64,000 nucleotides of DNA from Alphaproteobacteria bacterium (GTDB taxonomy: Bacteria; Pseudomonadota; Alphaproteobacteria; CAAHEQ01; UBA3637), in the NCBI GenBank assembly GCA_045655105.1, contig JAZOOQ010000059.1:10422-74421 (forward strand). The letters are read 5' to 3'. Positions within the stretch are counted from its first letter, which is position 1. Each line of letters begins with the position of its first letter. This document shows, one piece after another, positions 19,271 to 29,932 of the stretch. Below the pieces are notes generated by a model that saw only the letters and a program-made list of their open reading frames with translations, was not told the DNA's origin and did not search any database. A program made the position numbers and the translations under genes.

Positions 19271-19840
19271 TTATTCCTTTTCTCTTTGGTTCTGTGAAAA
19301 AGTTTTCCAAGCTTGATATTTTGTTTTATTTTGACTCATGCAAACAAATTTTTGTTTGTTTTCTAAAGAAAAAGAATCTTCGCAATGAAATCCTTTATGC
19401 TTTAAAAAAGAGATGGATTTTTTGTTTCTTACATCACATTCAGCTTGTAAAAAAATAAAATTATTTTGAAATAAAACATCTCTTAATTTATCAAAGGATT
19501 GGCTGATAATTTTTTTGTTTTTAAACTTATTATCAATCCAATAAGAAATTGAGCCGGAATCTTTGAAACAATCAACGCTGATATTTCCAATGATTTTTCT
19601 TTCTTGTTTTGAGCAAATACCAAAAGAATAAGATTCATTTTGATTGAATTTTGTTTCTTTTTGATGCAAAAATTCTTGAATGTTATTTAAAGAAAGATCT
19701 TGCGTATAATATCCTGGAAAGAAAGGAAGTAGCCATTCTTTATTTTCTTGAAACAAGTTAAGTATCATTTTTGCTTGTTTTTTATGGTTTTTTAATTTAA
19801 CGAGTGTGATGTTGTTTGAAACAGGGATAACTTCTTGCAT
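19271..19840 (-). CDS. GNAT-family N-acetyltransferase (RimJ/RimL-like)
   Basis: The size and the C-terminal NKKSISFLKHKGF block fit RimJ/L-like acetyltransferases. The match is weak. Confidence 0.45.
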   Translation of the reverse strand: MQEVIPVSNNITLVKLKNHKKQAKMILNLFQENKEWLLPFFPGYYTQDLSLNNIQEFLHQKETKFNQNESYSFGICSKQERKIIGNISVDCFKDSGSISYWIDNKFKNKKIISQSFDKLRDVLFQNNFIFLQAECDVRNKKSISFLKHKGFHCEDSFSLENKQKFVCMSQNKTKYQAWKTFSQNQREKE

Positions 19841-19843
19841 ATA

Positions 19844-20104
19844 CTATCTAAAATTTAAAATTAAAATAAGGGTATAAATTAATGGGATGCTTAAATAAAT
19901 AAAAACAGATGTTGTTTTTGACTTTCTTAAAGGTGAAATAGTGGCTAAAAAACAAGAGATGAAAATAAAATCATTAAACATTGAAATAATATCATAAAAT
20001 TCTTTATTTCTAAGGGCAAAAGAATCAAAAAATGTCCACACATAGCATGAAATATTCAATAAATATAAAATAATAATTAAACCTAGTTGGATGGCAAATG
20101 GCAT
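19844..20104 (-). CDS. small membrane protein, hypothetical
   Basis: 86 aa with three hydrophobic segments, 3 nt upstream of the GNAT gene. Confidence 0.4.
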   Translation of the reverse strand: MPFAIQLGLIIILYLLNISCYVWTFFDSFALRNKEFYDIISMFNDFIFISCFLATISPLRKSKTTSVFIYLSIPLIYTLILILNFR

Positions 20105-20228
20105 ATTTGAAACTCCTTTATTTAAGGGTATTATACTCTATTTTTATTTAAAAATAAAGATGAATAAAAAAAGATTTGTTTTTTTTATTTCTTTTTTATA
20201 TAATTATAAAATTAATTTAAAGGGGATT

Positions 20229-20654
20229 ATGGATATGAAAAAAATTCGTTTTTCATGGATGGAAGTTCAAGAAGCTATTATGAATTGCCTTGAACAATTG
20301 CAAAAAGAAGATATGAATATTGAAGCTGTTGTATCTTTAGGTCGTGGAGGAGCAATCCCATCAGGTTATATTGCTCACCAATTGAAAAAAAAGATGGAGT
20401 ATATTAATTATTCCAGAAAAAATGGTTTTGGTGGTTCAACTTTAGATCATTTTAAGCCAGGAACAAAGTTTTTGCTTGTTGATGATGCTACTGAAACGGG
20501 AAATAGTTTTGAAATGGTAAAAAATCTTTTTAAAGATTATGAATTTGTTACTTGTGTGTTGTTTCAATCAAGTAAATCTTCTTATGAGCCAGATGTTGTT
20601 GGTATTAGATATCCAGCATTAACGCCGCAGCTTCCTTGGGAAAATAAATGCTAG
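20229..20654 (+). CDS. phosphoribosyltransferase (purine PRT-like)
   Basis: PRPP-binding motif FLLVDDATETGNS. The start is set at MDMKKIRF (20229), which follows AAAGGGGA, instead of the listed 20091. Confidence 0.7.
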   Translation: MDMKKIRFSWMEVQEAIMNCLEQLQKEDMNIEAVVSLGRGGAIPSGYIAHQLKKKMEYINYSRKNGFGGSTLDHFKPGTKFLLVDDATETGNSFEMVKNLFKDYEFVTCVLFQSSKSSYEPDVVGIRYPALTPQLPWENKC

Positions 20655-20708
20655 ACTTTTTATATTTATCTCGTTAAAATGGGTTTAAAGGAGTTTAATG
20701 GGATAAAG

Positions 20709-21326
20709 ATGAAAGTTTGTTTATTTGATTGTGGTGGTGTGATTTATCCATATTCTTTAGCTCCTTTTAAAAAATGGGTTGGCGAACAAACCTTAAAACA
20801 ATCTTTTTCATTTAAATGGAAAGAAGTGATGACGGGCGAGTTGTCATTTGCCTCTTTTTCAAAAAATGTTTGCGAACAGATAGGGATTTGCTATACGCCA
20901 ATCATTCAAAAAGAAATAAAAGCGTCTTTATTAAAAGGAATGGGGAATTTTTATTCCGAAACAAAAGAGTTAATGACTTATTTGAAAGAAAAAAAAATTC
21001 AAATGGGGTTGCTTTCAAATGCATTGCCAGCTTTTGAAGGGACTTTAGATGAACTGCCTTTAAAAAAAGATTTTATTTTTCCTTCTTATCAAATGGGATT
21101 GTTAAAGCCAGATAAAAGAATTTTTAAAGCTGTATTAGAAAAAATGCATCTTCAACCTTCTGAAGTTTTATTTATTGATGATAAAAAAGAAAATGTTGAA
21201 GCAGCTTTATCTTTAGGGATGAAAAGTTTTGTTTTTCAAAAAGAAACGGCTTTAGGTGATTTAAAAAAAATAATGGGAGAACGAAATGTTGGATATATTA
21301 GGCATCGGCGATGCTATTGTCGATAA
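20709..21326 (+). CDS. HAD-superfamily hydrolase
   Basis: Motif I is FDCGGVIY, then LLSNA, and motif IV is FIDDKKENV. The start is set at MKVCLFD. Confidence 0.7.
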   Translation: MKVCLFDCGGVIYPYSLAPFKKWVGEQTLKQSFSFKWKEVMTGELSFASFSKNVCEQIGICYTPIIQKEIKASLLKGMGNFYSETKELMTYLKEKKIQMGLLSNALPAFEGTLDELPLKKDFIFPSYQMGLLKPDKRIFKAVLEKMHLQPSEVLFIDDKKENVEAALSLGMKSFVFQKETALGDLKKIMGERNVGYIRHRRCYCR

Positions 21327-22209
21327 GATTATTAATTTTGATGAATCAGATTCAGTGATGCAACGGATTTTGCCTGTTAAAGGGTTGTTTTTTGTTGCAA
21401 CGCCTGAAGAACATTCTTATTTAAGAGAGCGCCCGTCCATGGCAGATTATGCGGGAGGTTCAGCAGCCAATACCATTCGAAATATGGCTTTATTAGGTTT
21501 GAAGGCGGGATTTATTGGAAAGGCTGGTTGTGACAAAGAGGGGGATTTTTTTGAAAAAAGCCTCAAAGATTATGGCGTTTATTCGTATTTAATTCAAACA
21601 CCTGAAGATAAAACAGGATGTAGTGTTGTGATGGTTCATTCGGATAAAGATCGAACACAATGTGCGCGGCCTTGTGCAGCTAATTTGTTATCTTCAAGTG
21701 AAATTAGTGATGAACTGCTTAGTCAAACAAAATCAATTCTAACAGAAGGGTATATGTTAAATCGTCGTCCAGAATTGGTTGAAGAGGCGATTTTAAGAGC
21801 AAAGTTTCATGGTGTAAAAGTTTATTTAACTTTATCAGATGTTCATTGTGTTCAAAACAAAAAGGATTTGATTTTAAAGTTATTGCCTCAAATGGATATT
21901 TTATTTGGTAATGAATATGAATTTGATGCATTAGGTGTTTCTCAACAAGAGTTAAAGCAAACCTTATGTGTTAAAACATGTGGGTCAAAAGGGGTTGAAC
22001 TATTTGATAAAAATGAAAAATATTTTGTTGAAGCTCCTCTTTTAGAAAGCATTCAAAATACAAACGGAGCAGGGGATGGTTTTGCTGCTGGTTTTTTGAT
22101 TGGGTGCCATCAAAATTTAGGTTTAAAAGAGTGTGCTTTAAAGGGGCATTTTGTAGCTCAAGAAGTTTTAAAAACAAATTTAAGTTACCTGCCTTTAGAT
22201 TTTATTTAA
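21286..22209 (+). CDS. PfkB-family carbohydrate/nucleoside kinase (adenosine kinase-like)
   Basis: N-terminal ILGIGDAIVD and C-terminal NTNGAGDGFAAGFL signatures of PfkB kinases. It overlaps the HAD gene by 41 nt. Confidence 0.8.
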   Translation: MLDILGIGDAIVDKIINFDESDSVMQRILPVKGLFFVATPEEHSYLRERPSMADYAGGSAANTIRNMALLGLKAGFIGKAGCDKEGDFFEKSLKDYGVYSYLIQTPEDKTGCSVVMVHSDKDRTQCARPCAANLLSSSEISDELLSQTKSILTEGYMLNRRPELVEEAILRAKFHGVKVYLTLSDVHCVQNKKDLILKLLPQMDILFGNEYEFDALGVSQQELKQTLCVKTCGSKGVELFDKNEKYFVEAPLLESIQNTNGAGDGFAAGFLIGCHQNLGLKECALKGHFVAQEVLKTNLSYLPLDFI

Positions 22210-22356
22210 AAAGGCTTAAAAATCGCCAGTTTTTTTCTTAAAATTCGCAAAAAAAGCTTTTCTTTTTTTGAAAAAAAAGCTAAAGTAATAAAGATTGTTT
22301 TTTAGCATAAAAACACTTGATTTAAGAGTAACGAAAAGTAAAGAAAGGAATTTAAA

Positions 22357-22827
22357 ATGGCAGGTAGCATTAATAAAGTTACATTAGTTGGCAATTTGGG
22401 TCGCGACCCTGAAATCAGACATTCAACAGCAGGTCAAAAAATTGCTCACTTATCTGTAGCCACAAGTGAAACATGGAAAGATAAATCCGGTGAAAGACAA
22501 GAAAGAACCGAATGGCACCGTGTTGTCATTTTTAATGCAAATTTGGCCGATTTTGCAGAACGCTTTTTGAAAAAAGGTTCAAAAGTTTATGTGGAAGGTG
22601 CGCTTCAAACAAGAAGATACACGGATCAAAGCGGTCAAGAAAGATTTACAACTGAAGTTGTTTTGGGCGCTTTCCGTGGAGAATTAGTGATGTTAGATGC
22701 AAGAGGCGAAGGTATGAGCAGTGGTGCTTCAACAATGTCTTCTGATGCAAATAATTCATCATCAGGTTGGGATGCAACAGGTCTTGGTTCCTCAAGCGAT
22801 TCTTTTGATGACGAAATCCCATTTTAG
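22357..22827 (+). CDS. ssb: single-stranded DNA-binding protein
   Basis: OB-fold N-terminus INKVTLVGNLGRDPE, a Gly/Ser-rich linker and the acidic tip DDEIPF. Confidence 0.95.
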   Translation: MAGSINKVTLVGNLGRDPEIRHSTAGQKIAHLSVATSETWKDKSGERQERTEWHRVVIFNANLADFAERFLKKGSKVYVEGALQTRRYTDQSGQERFTTEVVLGAFRGELVMLDARGEGMSSGASTMSSDANNSSSGWDATGLGSSSDSFDDEIPF

Positions 22828-22864
22828 TTAGATGATATTTTAACGAAAAAGAGAGAAAATATAC

Positions 22865-25675
22865 ATGAATGAAACATCAATAAGTTCAATGGTGGTTGAC
22901 ACGGTTACCGCTCCAATTGAAGAGGAAATGCGCAAATCTTATTTAGATTATGCTATGAGCGTTATTGTTTCTCGTGCCCTTCCAGATGTTCGCGATGGGT
23001 TAAAGCCTGTTCATCGCCGGATTTTGTTTTCAATGCATGAAAACGGATATGATTACAATAAGCCGTTCAGAAAATCCGCTCGTATCGTTGGGGACGTGAT
23101 GGGTAAATATCACCCTCATGGGGATAGTTCTATTTACGAAGCTATGGTTCGTATGGCTCAAACATTTTCAATGCGTGTTCCACTTGTGGGTTCTCAAGGT
23201 AACTTTGGGTCTATGGATGGGGATAAAGCTGCTGCTATGCGTTATACAGAAGCGCGTTTAGCTCAAACAGCTCATTGTTTGTTAGAAGATATTGATAAAG
23301 ACACGGTTGATTTTAGACCAAACTATGATGAAACATGTCAAGAACCAGAAGTTTTGCCTGCTAGATTTCCAAACCTTTTAGTTAATGGTTCTGGTGGTAT
23401 TGCTGTTGGTATGGCAACAAATATCCCGCCACATAACCCAGGTGAAGTTATTTCAGCTGCGATTGCTATGATTGATAATCCAGAAATCACAATTGATGAA
23501 TTGATGGATTATGTGCCTGCACCTGATTTTCCGACAGGTGGTTTAATTTTGGGCAGAGGTGGTGCAAGATCAGCCTATACAACGGGACGTGGTTCTGTGA
23601 TTATGCGTGGAAGAACCTCAATTGAAGAAATTAAAAAAGACCGTATGGCCATTATTGTAACCGAAGTTCCATATCAGGTGAACAAAGCCGAGATGATTAT
23701 CCGCATTGCTCAGCTGGTTAAAGATAAGGTTATTGAAGGTATTTCTGATTTAAGGGATGAATCTGACCGCCAAGGTGTTCGTGTTGTTATTGAACTTAAA
23801 AAGGATGCTCATCCAGATGTTGTGTTGAACCAATTGTTCAAATATACATCTCTTCAAACCAGCTTTAGCATGAATATGTTGGCCTTGAATAATGGTCGTC
23901 CAGAATTGATGAATTTAAAGCAAATTTTAGATGCCTTTATCAAGTTCCGTGAAGAAGTTGTTCGCCGCAGAACGGTTTATGAATTGAACAAAGCCCGCGA
24001 TAGAGCGCATGTTTTGGTTGGTTTAGCTATTGCTGTTGCAAATCTTGATAACGTGATCGAAATGATTAAAAGTGCTCCAGATCCACAGGTTGCTAAACAA
24101 CGCTTGATGTCAACAAAGTGGGATGCTGCTGATGTGGCTGCTTTAATTGATTTGATTGATGAACCAGATAGAAAAGTTGTTGAAGGCACCTATATGCTTT
24201 CAGAAGCTCAAGCCAAAGCAATTTTGGACTTGAAGCTGAACCGTTTGACAGGTTTAGAACGCGATAAAATCCATTCTGAAGTTGGCGAATTGGCTGCTTT
24301 AATTAAAGGATTTTTATCAACACTTGCTTCTCGTGAAAAGATTTATGCGATTATCAGAGAAGAATTAGAAGTTGTGAAAGCTCAAGTTTCTTCTGAACGG
24401 TTAACAACAATTGATAATGCTGAATTTGAACAAGATATGGAAGATTTAATTCCAAGAGAAACAATGGTTGTTACAGTTTCAAACAACGGATATATTAAAC
24501 GTGTTCCTTTATCAACATATCGCGCACAAAACCGCGGTGGAAAAGGGCGTTCTGGTATGTCAACAAGAGAAGAAGATCAAGTTTCTCAATTGTTTGTGGC
24601 TTGCACACATAGTCCACTTTTATTCTTCTCTAGCCGTGGGATTGTGTATAAAATCAAAACATATAGATTGCCAGAAGGATCTCCACAATCGCTTGGTAAA
24701 GCATTGATTAACCTTTTGCCATTACAACAAGGTGAAACAATTTCAACGATTTTAACATTGCCAGAATCTCAAGAAGAATGCGGTGATCAAACAGTGATGT
24801 TTGCAACGGCATCTGGTGGCGTTAGACGTAACAGATTAACAGATTTCTATAACGTTCAATCTAATGGTAAAATTGCCATGAAGCTTGATGAAGGGGATAA
24901 ACTCATTGGTGTTGAAATCTGTAATGATTCTGATGACGTTTTATTGGCCGCTGCTGGTGGTAAATGCGTGCGTTTCCCTGTAACAGATGTGCGCGTATTT
25001 GAATCAAGAGCTTCAACAGGGGTTCGTGGGATGAAATTGCCAGAAGGTGAAAGCGTTATTTCCATGTCAATTGTTAAACACGCAAAAGCCGATATTGAAA
25101 AACGCGATGCCTATTTGAAAGAAGCTGCCGCTAGAAGACGGGCTTTAGGTGAAACAGATGAAGTTGAAACCGTTGAAACAGAAACAACAACGAATGCAAC
25201 ATTAACACCTGAAGAATTTGAAAAAATGGCTGCTGATGAAGAATTTATCTTAACAATCACGGATAAAGGTTTTGGTAAACGCACAAGTGCTTATGAATAT
25301 CGCATTACAGCGCGTGGTACCTCTGGTGTAACAAACATTAAGATGGATGATCGTCGTAAAGCTGATGTTGTTGCCACAATGCCAGTGCCAGATGATGCTC
25401 ACTTGATGATGGTGACAGATGGTGGTAAACTTATTCGTATGCGTATCAGTGATATTAAAATTGCAGGGCGTAGTACAATGGGTGTTATCTTGTTCCGTTT
25501 GGATAAAGATGAAAAAGTTGTGTCTGCAACATGCATTACTGATGTGGAAGAAGAGGTTGAAGAAACAGAAGAAACGCCAGTTTTAACTGAGACACCTTCA
25601 TCTGAAACAGTTTTGCAAGATGAGGAAGAAACAATCATTGAAACTGTTGAAGCATCAACAGATGAAATAGAATAA
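22865..25675 (+). CDS. gyrA: DNA gyrase subunit A
   Basis: [17 protein letters not shown], active-site [10 protein letters not shown], and a beta-pinwheel C-terminal domain. It carries an acidic C-terminal tail. Confidence 0.97.
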   Translation: MNETSISSMVVDTVTAPIEEEMRKSYLDYAMSVIVSRALPDVRDGLKPVHRRILFSMHENGYDYNKPFRKSARIVGDVMGKYHPHGDSSIYEAMVRMAQTFSMRVPLVGSQGNFGSMDGDKAAAMRYTEARLAQTAHCLLEDIDKDTVDFRPNYDETCQEPEVLPARFPNLLVNGSGGIAVGMATNIPPHNPGEVISAAIAMIDNPEITIDELMDYVPAPDFPTGGLILGRGGARSAYTTGRGSVIMRGRTSIEEIKKDRMAIIVTEVPYQVNKAEMIIRIAQLVKDKVIEGISDLRDESDRQGVRVVIELKKDAHPDVVLNQLFKYTSLQTSFSMNMLALNNGRPELMNLKQILDAFIKFREEVVRRRTVYELNKARDRAHVLVGLAIAVANLDNVIEMIKSAPDPQVAKQRLMSTKWDAADVAALIDLIDEPDRKVVEGTYMLSEAQAKAILDLKLNRLTGLERDKIHSEVGELAALIKGFLSTLASREKIYAIIREELEVVKAQVSSERLTTIDNAEFEQDMEDLIPRETMVVTVSNNGYIKRVPLSTYRAQNRGGKGRSGMSTREEDQVSQLFVACTHSPLLFFSSRGIVYKIKTYRLPEGSPQSLGKALINLLPLQQGETISTILTLPESQEECGDQTVMFATASGGVRRNRLTDFYNVQSNGKIAMKLDEGDKLIGVEICNDSDDVLLAAAGGKCVRFPVTDVRVFESRASTGVRGMKLPEGESVISMSIVKHAKADIEKRDAYLKEAAARRRALGETDEVETVETETTTNATLTPEEFEKMAADEEFILTITDKGFGKRTSAYEYRITARGTSGVTNIKMDDRRKADVVATMPVPDDAHLMMVTDGGKLIRMRISDIKIAGRSTMGVILFRLDKDEKVVSATCITDVEEEVEETEETPVLTETPSSETVLQDEEETIIETVEASTDEIE

Positions 25676-25700
25676 GATGTTTTATTCTTTAAATGAAAAA

Positions 25701-25725
25701 GCGCCTGAAATCAGGCGCTTTTTTA
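25701..25725 (+). terminator. rho-independent terminator after gyrA
   Basis: GCGCCTGAAATCAGGCGC hairpin followed by TTTTTT. Confidence 0.85.
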
Positions 25726-25880
25726 TAATTTCTAATGATGAATTTCATGAAGAACAAGGGAGTTTTATCAGCTTTGAAATAAAAACGATATAAAAAACTA
25801 AAAAGAGTCGTTAATTGTTATCTTAAAAAAAAGTGATAATTTATTTTTTTTGTGTTTTAAAGTTTATTTTTTATAAAAAA

Positions 25881-25898
25881 GGAGGGTTTTAATCCTCC
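25881..25898. terminator. bidirectional hairpin terminator downstream of glk
   Basis: GGAGG-GTTTTAAT-CCTCC with an A-run before it and a T-run after it. Confidence 0.65.
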
Positions 25899-25907
25899 TT
25901 TTTTTAT

Positions 25908-27131
25908 TTATTTTTGCAAAGATTGATTTCTTTTTTGTATATTTTTAATTGGAAGATTTTGCGTTGCAATTTTATATTTTTCAACTGCAGTCATCACCCG
26001 TTTCATTTGAGGTAATACATGTGGGCATTCGGCTTCAATTAACGCATAAACCGTTGCTAAAGATTGCATTAAATTTGTGTTTGTTCGTTTTTTTGTTTCT
26101 TCTAAAGTGTTTTCTTGAATGAGTCTTTGAGCACGAACAATTGCGCCTTTTTCAGCCATTTCGCGATATAAGGAAACAGAAAAACGAAGGTTTTTCATGG
26201 CATCTGTCATCCCCGCGCGTGTTTCAAGTTGTTGTTTAAAATATTTTGATTGTTCAAATCTGCCTTGCACCCAAGAACTAGCGAATAATCCACCGCAATA
26301 AAAAATATTATCTGTTTTTACTGTTGAAGCAATTGAGCCTGTATGCGCACCAAGATAAGCAAAAACAATATCAAATGTTTTAAGTGCAATTGGATCCCCA
26401 GATTCGGCTAATTTTTCAATATTAAAGGCGCAAATTAAGTTATTTGAATCAGGTGGAATAACGCCATCTTTTAAAGCATGGTAAACATTGCGAATGCCTG
26501 TTCCAGAAATGATATGTTCAACAACAATTCCCTTGCCGTTTGTTTGATATCTTTCTTTTAAGGCCTTTATAACTTTATCTCTTAACTCATTGTCTTTATT
26601 TCCAAAATCAATATAAGGTAAAGAACTGTGACCTGATTCAGAGGTATATATCATTTGATTTTTTTCACCGTTTTTCATTAATAAACAAGTGCCACATCCT
26701 GTGCCAAGACCTAAAACAACAATTTTTTCTTTTGTTAAATCTGCTACTTGTTGTTGGCCAAATAAGGTGCGATATTGATGTTTTTCTAATCCAGCAATGG
26801 CCCAACCTTGAAGCGCAAAGTCATTATCAAGGCTCACTTTTTTAAATTGTGGCATTTTTGCTTTTAATTTTGGAACACTTACGCGCCATGGCGTGTTGCT
26901 GGTTAACACTTCATTGGTTTCTTCATCAATATTGCCAGCAGCCCCAATCACACAAAGAGTCGGTTTTTTATTTGTTTCAGTAAGATATGTTTCAACCGCT
27001 TCTTCAAATGATTTAAATTTGGAAACTAAATATTTTTTATCAAAATTTGCTTTTTCATCCCCTTGTGTATAGGTGCCAAAACGAACATTAGTGCCGCCGA
27101 CATCGGCAAGCAAAACAGTTTCTTTATGCAT
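25908..27131 (-). CDS. glk: glucokinase (with ~80-aa C-terminal extension)
   Basis: N-terminal LLADVGGTNVRF and the overall Glk pattern. It is longer than the ~320 aa typical of Glk. Confidence 0.85.
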   Translation of the reverse strand: MHKETVLLADVGGTNVRFGTYTQGDEKANFDKKYLVSKFKSFEEAVETYLTETNKKPTLCVIGAAGNIDEETNEVLTSNTPWRVSVPKLKAKMPQFKKVSLDNDFALQGWAIAGLEKHQYRTLFGQQQVADLTKEKIVVLGLGTGCGTCLLMKNGEKNQMIYTSESGHSSLPYIDFGNKDNELRDKVIKALKERYQTNGKGIVVEHIISGTGIRNVYHALKDGVIPPDSNNLICAFNIEKLAESGDPIALKTFDIVFAYLGAHTGSIASTVKTDNIFYCGGLFASSWVQGRFEQSKYFKQQLETRAGMTDAMKNLRFSVSLYREMAEKGAIVRAQRLIQENTLEETKKRTNTNLMQSLATVYALIEAECPHVLPQMKRVMTAVEKYKIATQNLPIKNIQKRNQSLQK

Positions 27132-27229
27132 GCTCTTCCTCCACTATAAATTCAAGGAATAGTAACATACTCTTGAACGCGTTGTCAACTTTTAAGAAAA
27201 TAAAATTTATTAGTGGATATGAAGAAACT

Positions 27230-27829
27230 TTATCCCATGTTTTGGTTATTTATACGAGAAGAAATCATTTGAATTTCTTGATTTGAAATACCTAAATCTT
27301 TTGCGCTTAAATTAATTACTTGCCCATGATCTCTTAAATATCCAGAGGCGTTTGTTTGTTCTCTTGTTTGAAGGACAACAGAACGTATTTGAGCGATTTT
27401 TTCGGCGCTAAAGCCCATGTTTTCCAAATCTTTTGCTGTAACATTTTTAAATAATTCTTCATGTTCTTGATCATAAGCTGCTAAAGCTTCTTTAGACATT
27501 CCGCCCATCCAAGTTGGCATATGTCTTTCCCACCAATTGGGTTTATCTGATTTGCTGGTTTTAGAAGATTCATGGGTGGTGTTTGTTTGATTGCTTGAGC
27601 TATTTTTGTTTCCAAAAAGTCTTTGCCAGAAAGATGGTCTATTTGCTTGAGCAGCTCTTTCTGCCGCTTCAAAAGCTTGGCGTTCTTGAGGGTTATCTAA
27701 ATCATAAGCTCTTTGAAAATAAGGGTTCTCATGCGTGTTTGAACCAGCAGAAATTTGTTGATCAGAATCCGCCTCTAATAATTCAGGTGGAATATCACCA
27801 TTTTGAACATCATATCGATTATTGCTCAT
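27230..27829 (-). CDS. hypothetical protein, low-complexity N/Q/S-rich
   Basis: 199-aa ORF with no signal peptide and no recognised motif. Confidence 0.45.
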   Translation of the reverse strand: MSNNRYDVQNGDIPPELLEADSDQQISAGSNTHENPYFQRAYDLDNPQERQAFEAAERAAQANRPSFWQRLFGNKNSSSNQTNTTHESSKTSKSDKPNWWERHMPTWMGGMSKEALAAYDQEHEELFKNVTAKDLENMGFSAEKIAQIRSVVLQTREQTNASGYLRDHGQVINLSAKDLGISNQEIQMISSRINNQNMG

Positions 27830-27875
27830 TTGTGCCTCCTTTTTTTTGTGATTTTACCATTATATCATATTTGCT

Positions 27876-28424
27876 TTAAAATTTCAAGCGGATCCAAGTG
27901 AATAAGACGTTGCCATTATTTTTTCCACCTGGGATATAAGTGTTTTCAACAATAAGGCGTTTATATTCAAATCCAAAAAGGGGAAGGGGAGCTGGAAAGG
28001 GAATATAATTATATTCTTCGCGTGCTGTAACTCCTAAAATGCCACCAGCAAGAAGATAAAAATCTTTTTTCTTATTCATGGCCCAGCGCTTTGAAAAAGA
28101 ATAGCCTAAAAAAGGTTCGGTTTTGTTATGTGAATCTTGAAATTTTAAGATGAAAAGAGAATGCCTGTTTTCTTTTGAATCAATATAATCTTTGCTAAAT
28201 CCAATTCCCCATGGGCGTTCATTATATGAATCAATTTTTTCTTTATCGTATGTTAAGCGATTATGCCATGTGTTTACAGGAATGATAAGAGAATAATCTT
28301 TTGATTTTAATATGTTACAAATGCCTTTTTTAGCAATACTTAAATAAGATTGCTTGTTGTTTGTTTCAGAAAAAGATGTTATTGGTAACAAAAATAAAGC
28401 TAAAATTAAGATGATTTTTTTCAT
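27876..28424 (-). CDS. pagP: lipid A palmitoyltransferase PagP (outer-membrane beta-barrel)
   Basis: It aligns block-for-block with my memory of E. coli PagP: [25 protein letters not shown] against [39 protein letters not shown] against GVTARDNWNYIPLP, and [20 protein letters not shown] against [20 protein letters not shown]. The start is set at [11 protein letters not shown] (signal peptide), which follows AAGGA. Confidence 0.88.
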   Translation of the reverse strand: [182 protein letters not shown]

Positions 28425-28467
28425 TTTTTCCTTCTGATTTTTTAGATAATCATTTAAATTTTTCAAG

Positions 28468-29253
28468 TTATTTTAAATAGCAAAAAACGGGAACATGATC
28501 AGATGGTTTTTCTAATCCACGATATTCTTTTAAAATGCCGCTGGCTTGAATTCGTTTTTCTTTTTCTTGAGGAATAAAAATATGGTCTAAAAGCATTCCT
28601 AAATTTTTAAACCAACATCCCCCTTGAAAATCCCAAAAGGAATAAGTGTAAGGCGTTGGATTAAATAATCTTATAGCATTTATAAGCCCTTGTTTTTGCA
28701 TATTGTTAAATTCATTTCTGACTTCAAAAACCATTAAGGCGTTTTGGCGGTAAAGTTCTGGATTATAAACATCAGAATCTTTTTCAATAACGTTAAAATC
28801 ACCACCAATAATGAAAAAAGTTTTTTCTTTTTGTAAGGTTTCTAAATGTTGATTTAAAGCTTTCATCCATTTGATTTTATAGCGCAATCTTTCATTATTG
28901 AAAGGATCTTTTTCAGGAGGGTTTCCATTTGGAACATAAACCGAAATAAAATGAATATTATTCAACATGCATTCAATAAAACGGGCAGGGGGTGTTTCAT
29001 CTTCAAGAGTTGGCAGATCGGTGTATTTTATTTCTAATTCTTTTTTGGAAAGAATAGCAACGCCATTAAATCCTTTTTCTCCGCGGATATAAGAGTGATA
29101 TCCTAATGAAGAAATTTCTTCAAACGGAAAAGTTTCATGAGTTGCTTTAATTTCTTGAAGCAAAACAATATCAGGGTTTTCCTCGGTTAAAAGCTTTTTT
29201 AAAAGTGGTAAACGTGCTCTAACAGAAGCAACGTTCCAAGAAATAATTTGCAT
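28468..29253 (-). CDS. xth: exodeoxyribonuclease III
   Basis: MQIISWNVASVRARL...LLQE... and a C-terminal SDHVPV motif, typical of the EEP-fold Xth. Confidence 0.9.
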   Translation of the reverse strand: MQIISWNVASVRARLPLLKKLLTEENPDIVLLQEIKATHETFPFEEISSLGYHSYIRGEKGFNGVAILSKKELEIKYTDLPTLEDETPPARFIECMLNNIHFISVYVPNGNPPEKDPFNNERLRYKIKWMKALNQHLETLQKEKTFFIIGGDFNVIEKDSDVYNPELYRQNALMVFEVRNEFNNMQKQGLINAIRLFNPTPYTYSFWDFQGGCWFKNLGMLLDHIFIPQEKEKRIQASGILKEYRGLEKPSDHVPVFCYLK

Positions 29254-29284
29254 TTTAAAATTCCTTTATGCTATATGTATATTT

Positions 29285-29932
29285 ATGAAAAAAATATGTA
29301 TTTTTTTAATATGCCTTTTATTTTCAATAAATGCAACAGCTGATTGTCCAAAACAAAAGGTTGAAATTCATTTCAAGTATAAACTTGGAAAGATTATTTA
29401 TAATTATTCTCTTTCTCGTTTTGAATTTGCAAAAAGGATTCCAAAATTCAGGCATAATCCTGCAAATGTTTTGGGGTTAACGGTTTCAAGATTGGATGTT
29501 TCTTTCCCAAAAGTTGAAGGGAAAGTTTTTCAACATAAAGGGAAATATTGCGTAGGAGTTACAAAAATTAATTTTGAAATTGGTTTTGATAAATTCAATG
29601 TTTATATTGACAAGAAATATGGTTATGGCACTTGTGAAAGACGTGTGATTAAAGAGCATGAAGATGAGCATGTTGCCATCTATAAAGAGGGGATGCGTTT
29701 TTTTGCGCCAGATATTAAAAAAGCCATTCGAAATGCCGTTAAAGAATTAAAACCTCAAGAGGTTAATTCTGAAGCAATGGGCCAGAGAATTTTTGAAGAA
29801 CAAGCAAAACAAGTTATCAATAAAGTGCAACCTTTATTAAATCACATTAATAAAAAATTAGAAGAAAAACAAGGAGCTCTTGATTCGCCAGAATCTTATG
29901 CTCGAAGCAATAAAAAGTGCCGAAATTGGTAA
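29285..29932 (+). CDS. secreted protein with HExxH motif (DUF922-like putative Zn peptidase)
   Basis: Signal peptide MKKICIFLICLLFSINATA, then KEHEDEHVAIY containing HEDEH (HExxH). Confidence 0.4.
   Translation: MKKICIFLICLLFSINATADCPKQKVEIHFKYKLGKIIYNYSLSRFEFAKRIPKFRHNPANVLGLTVSRLDVSFPKVEGKVFQHKGKYCVGVTKINFEIGFDKFNVYIDKKYGYGTCERRVIKEHEDEHVAIYKEGMRFFAPDIKKAIRNAVKELKPQEVNSEAMGQRIFEEQAKQVINKVQPLLNHINKKLEEKQGALDSPESYARSNKKCRNW

Noticed and set aside
25908-26150. ~80-aa C-terminal extension on glucokinase, and the acidic or Lys-rich C-terminal tails on GyrA, L3, L22, L15 and L17
   Set aside because: Terminal extensions of this kind are common lineage-specific features. I have no evidence of a separate domain or function from sequence alone.
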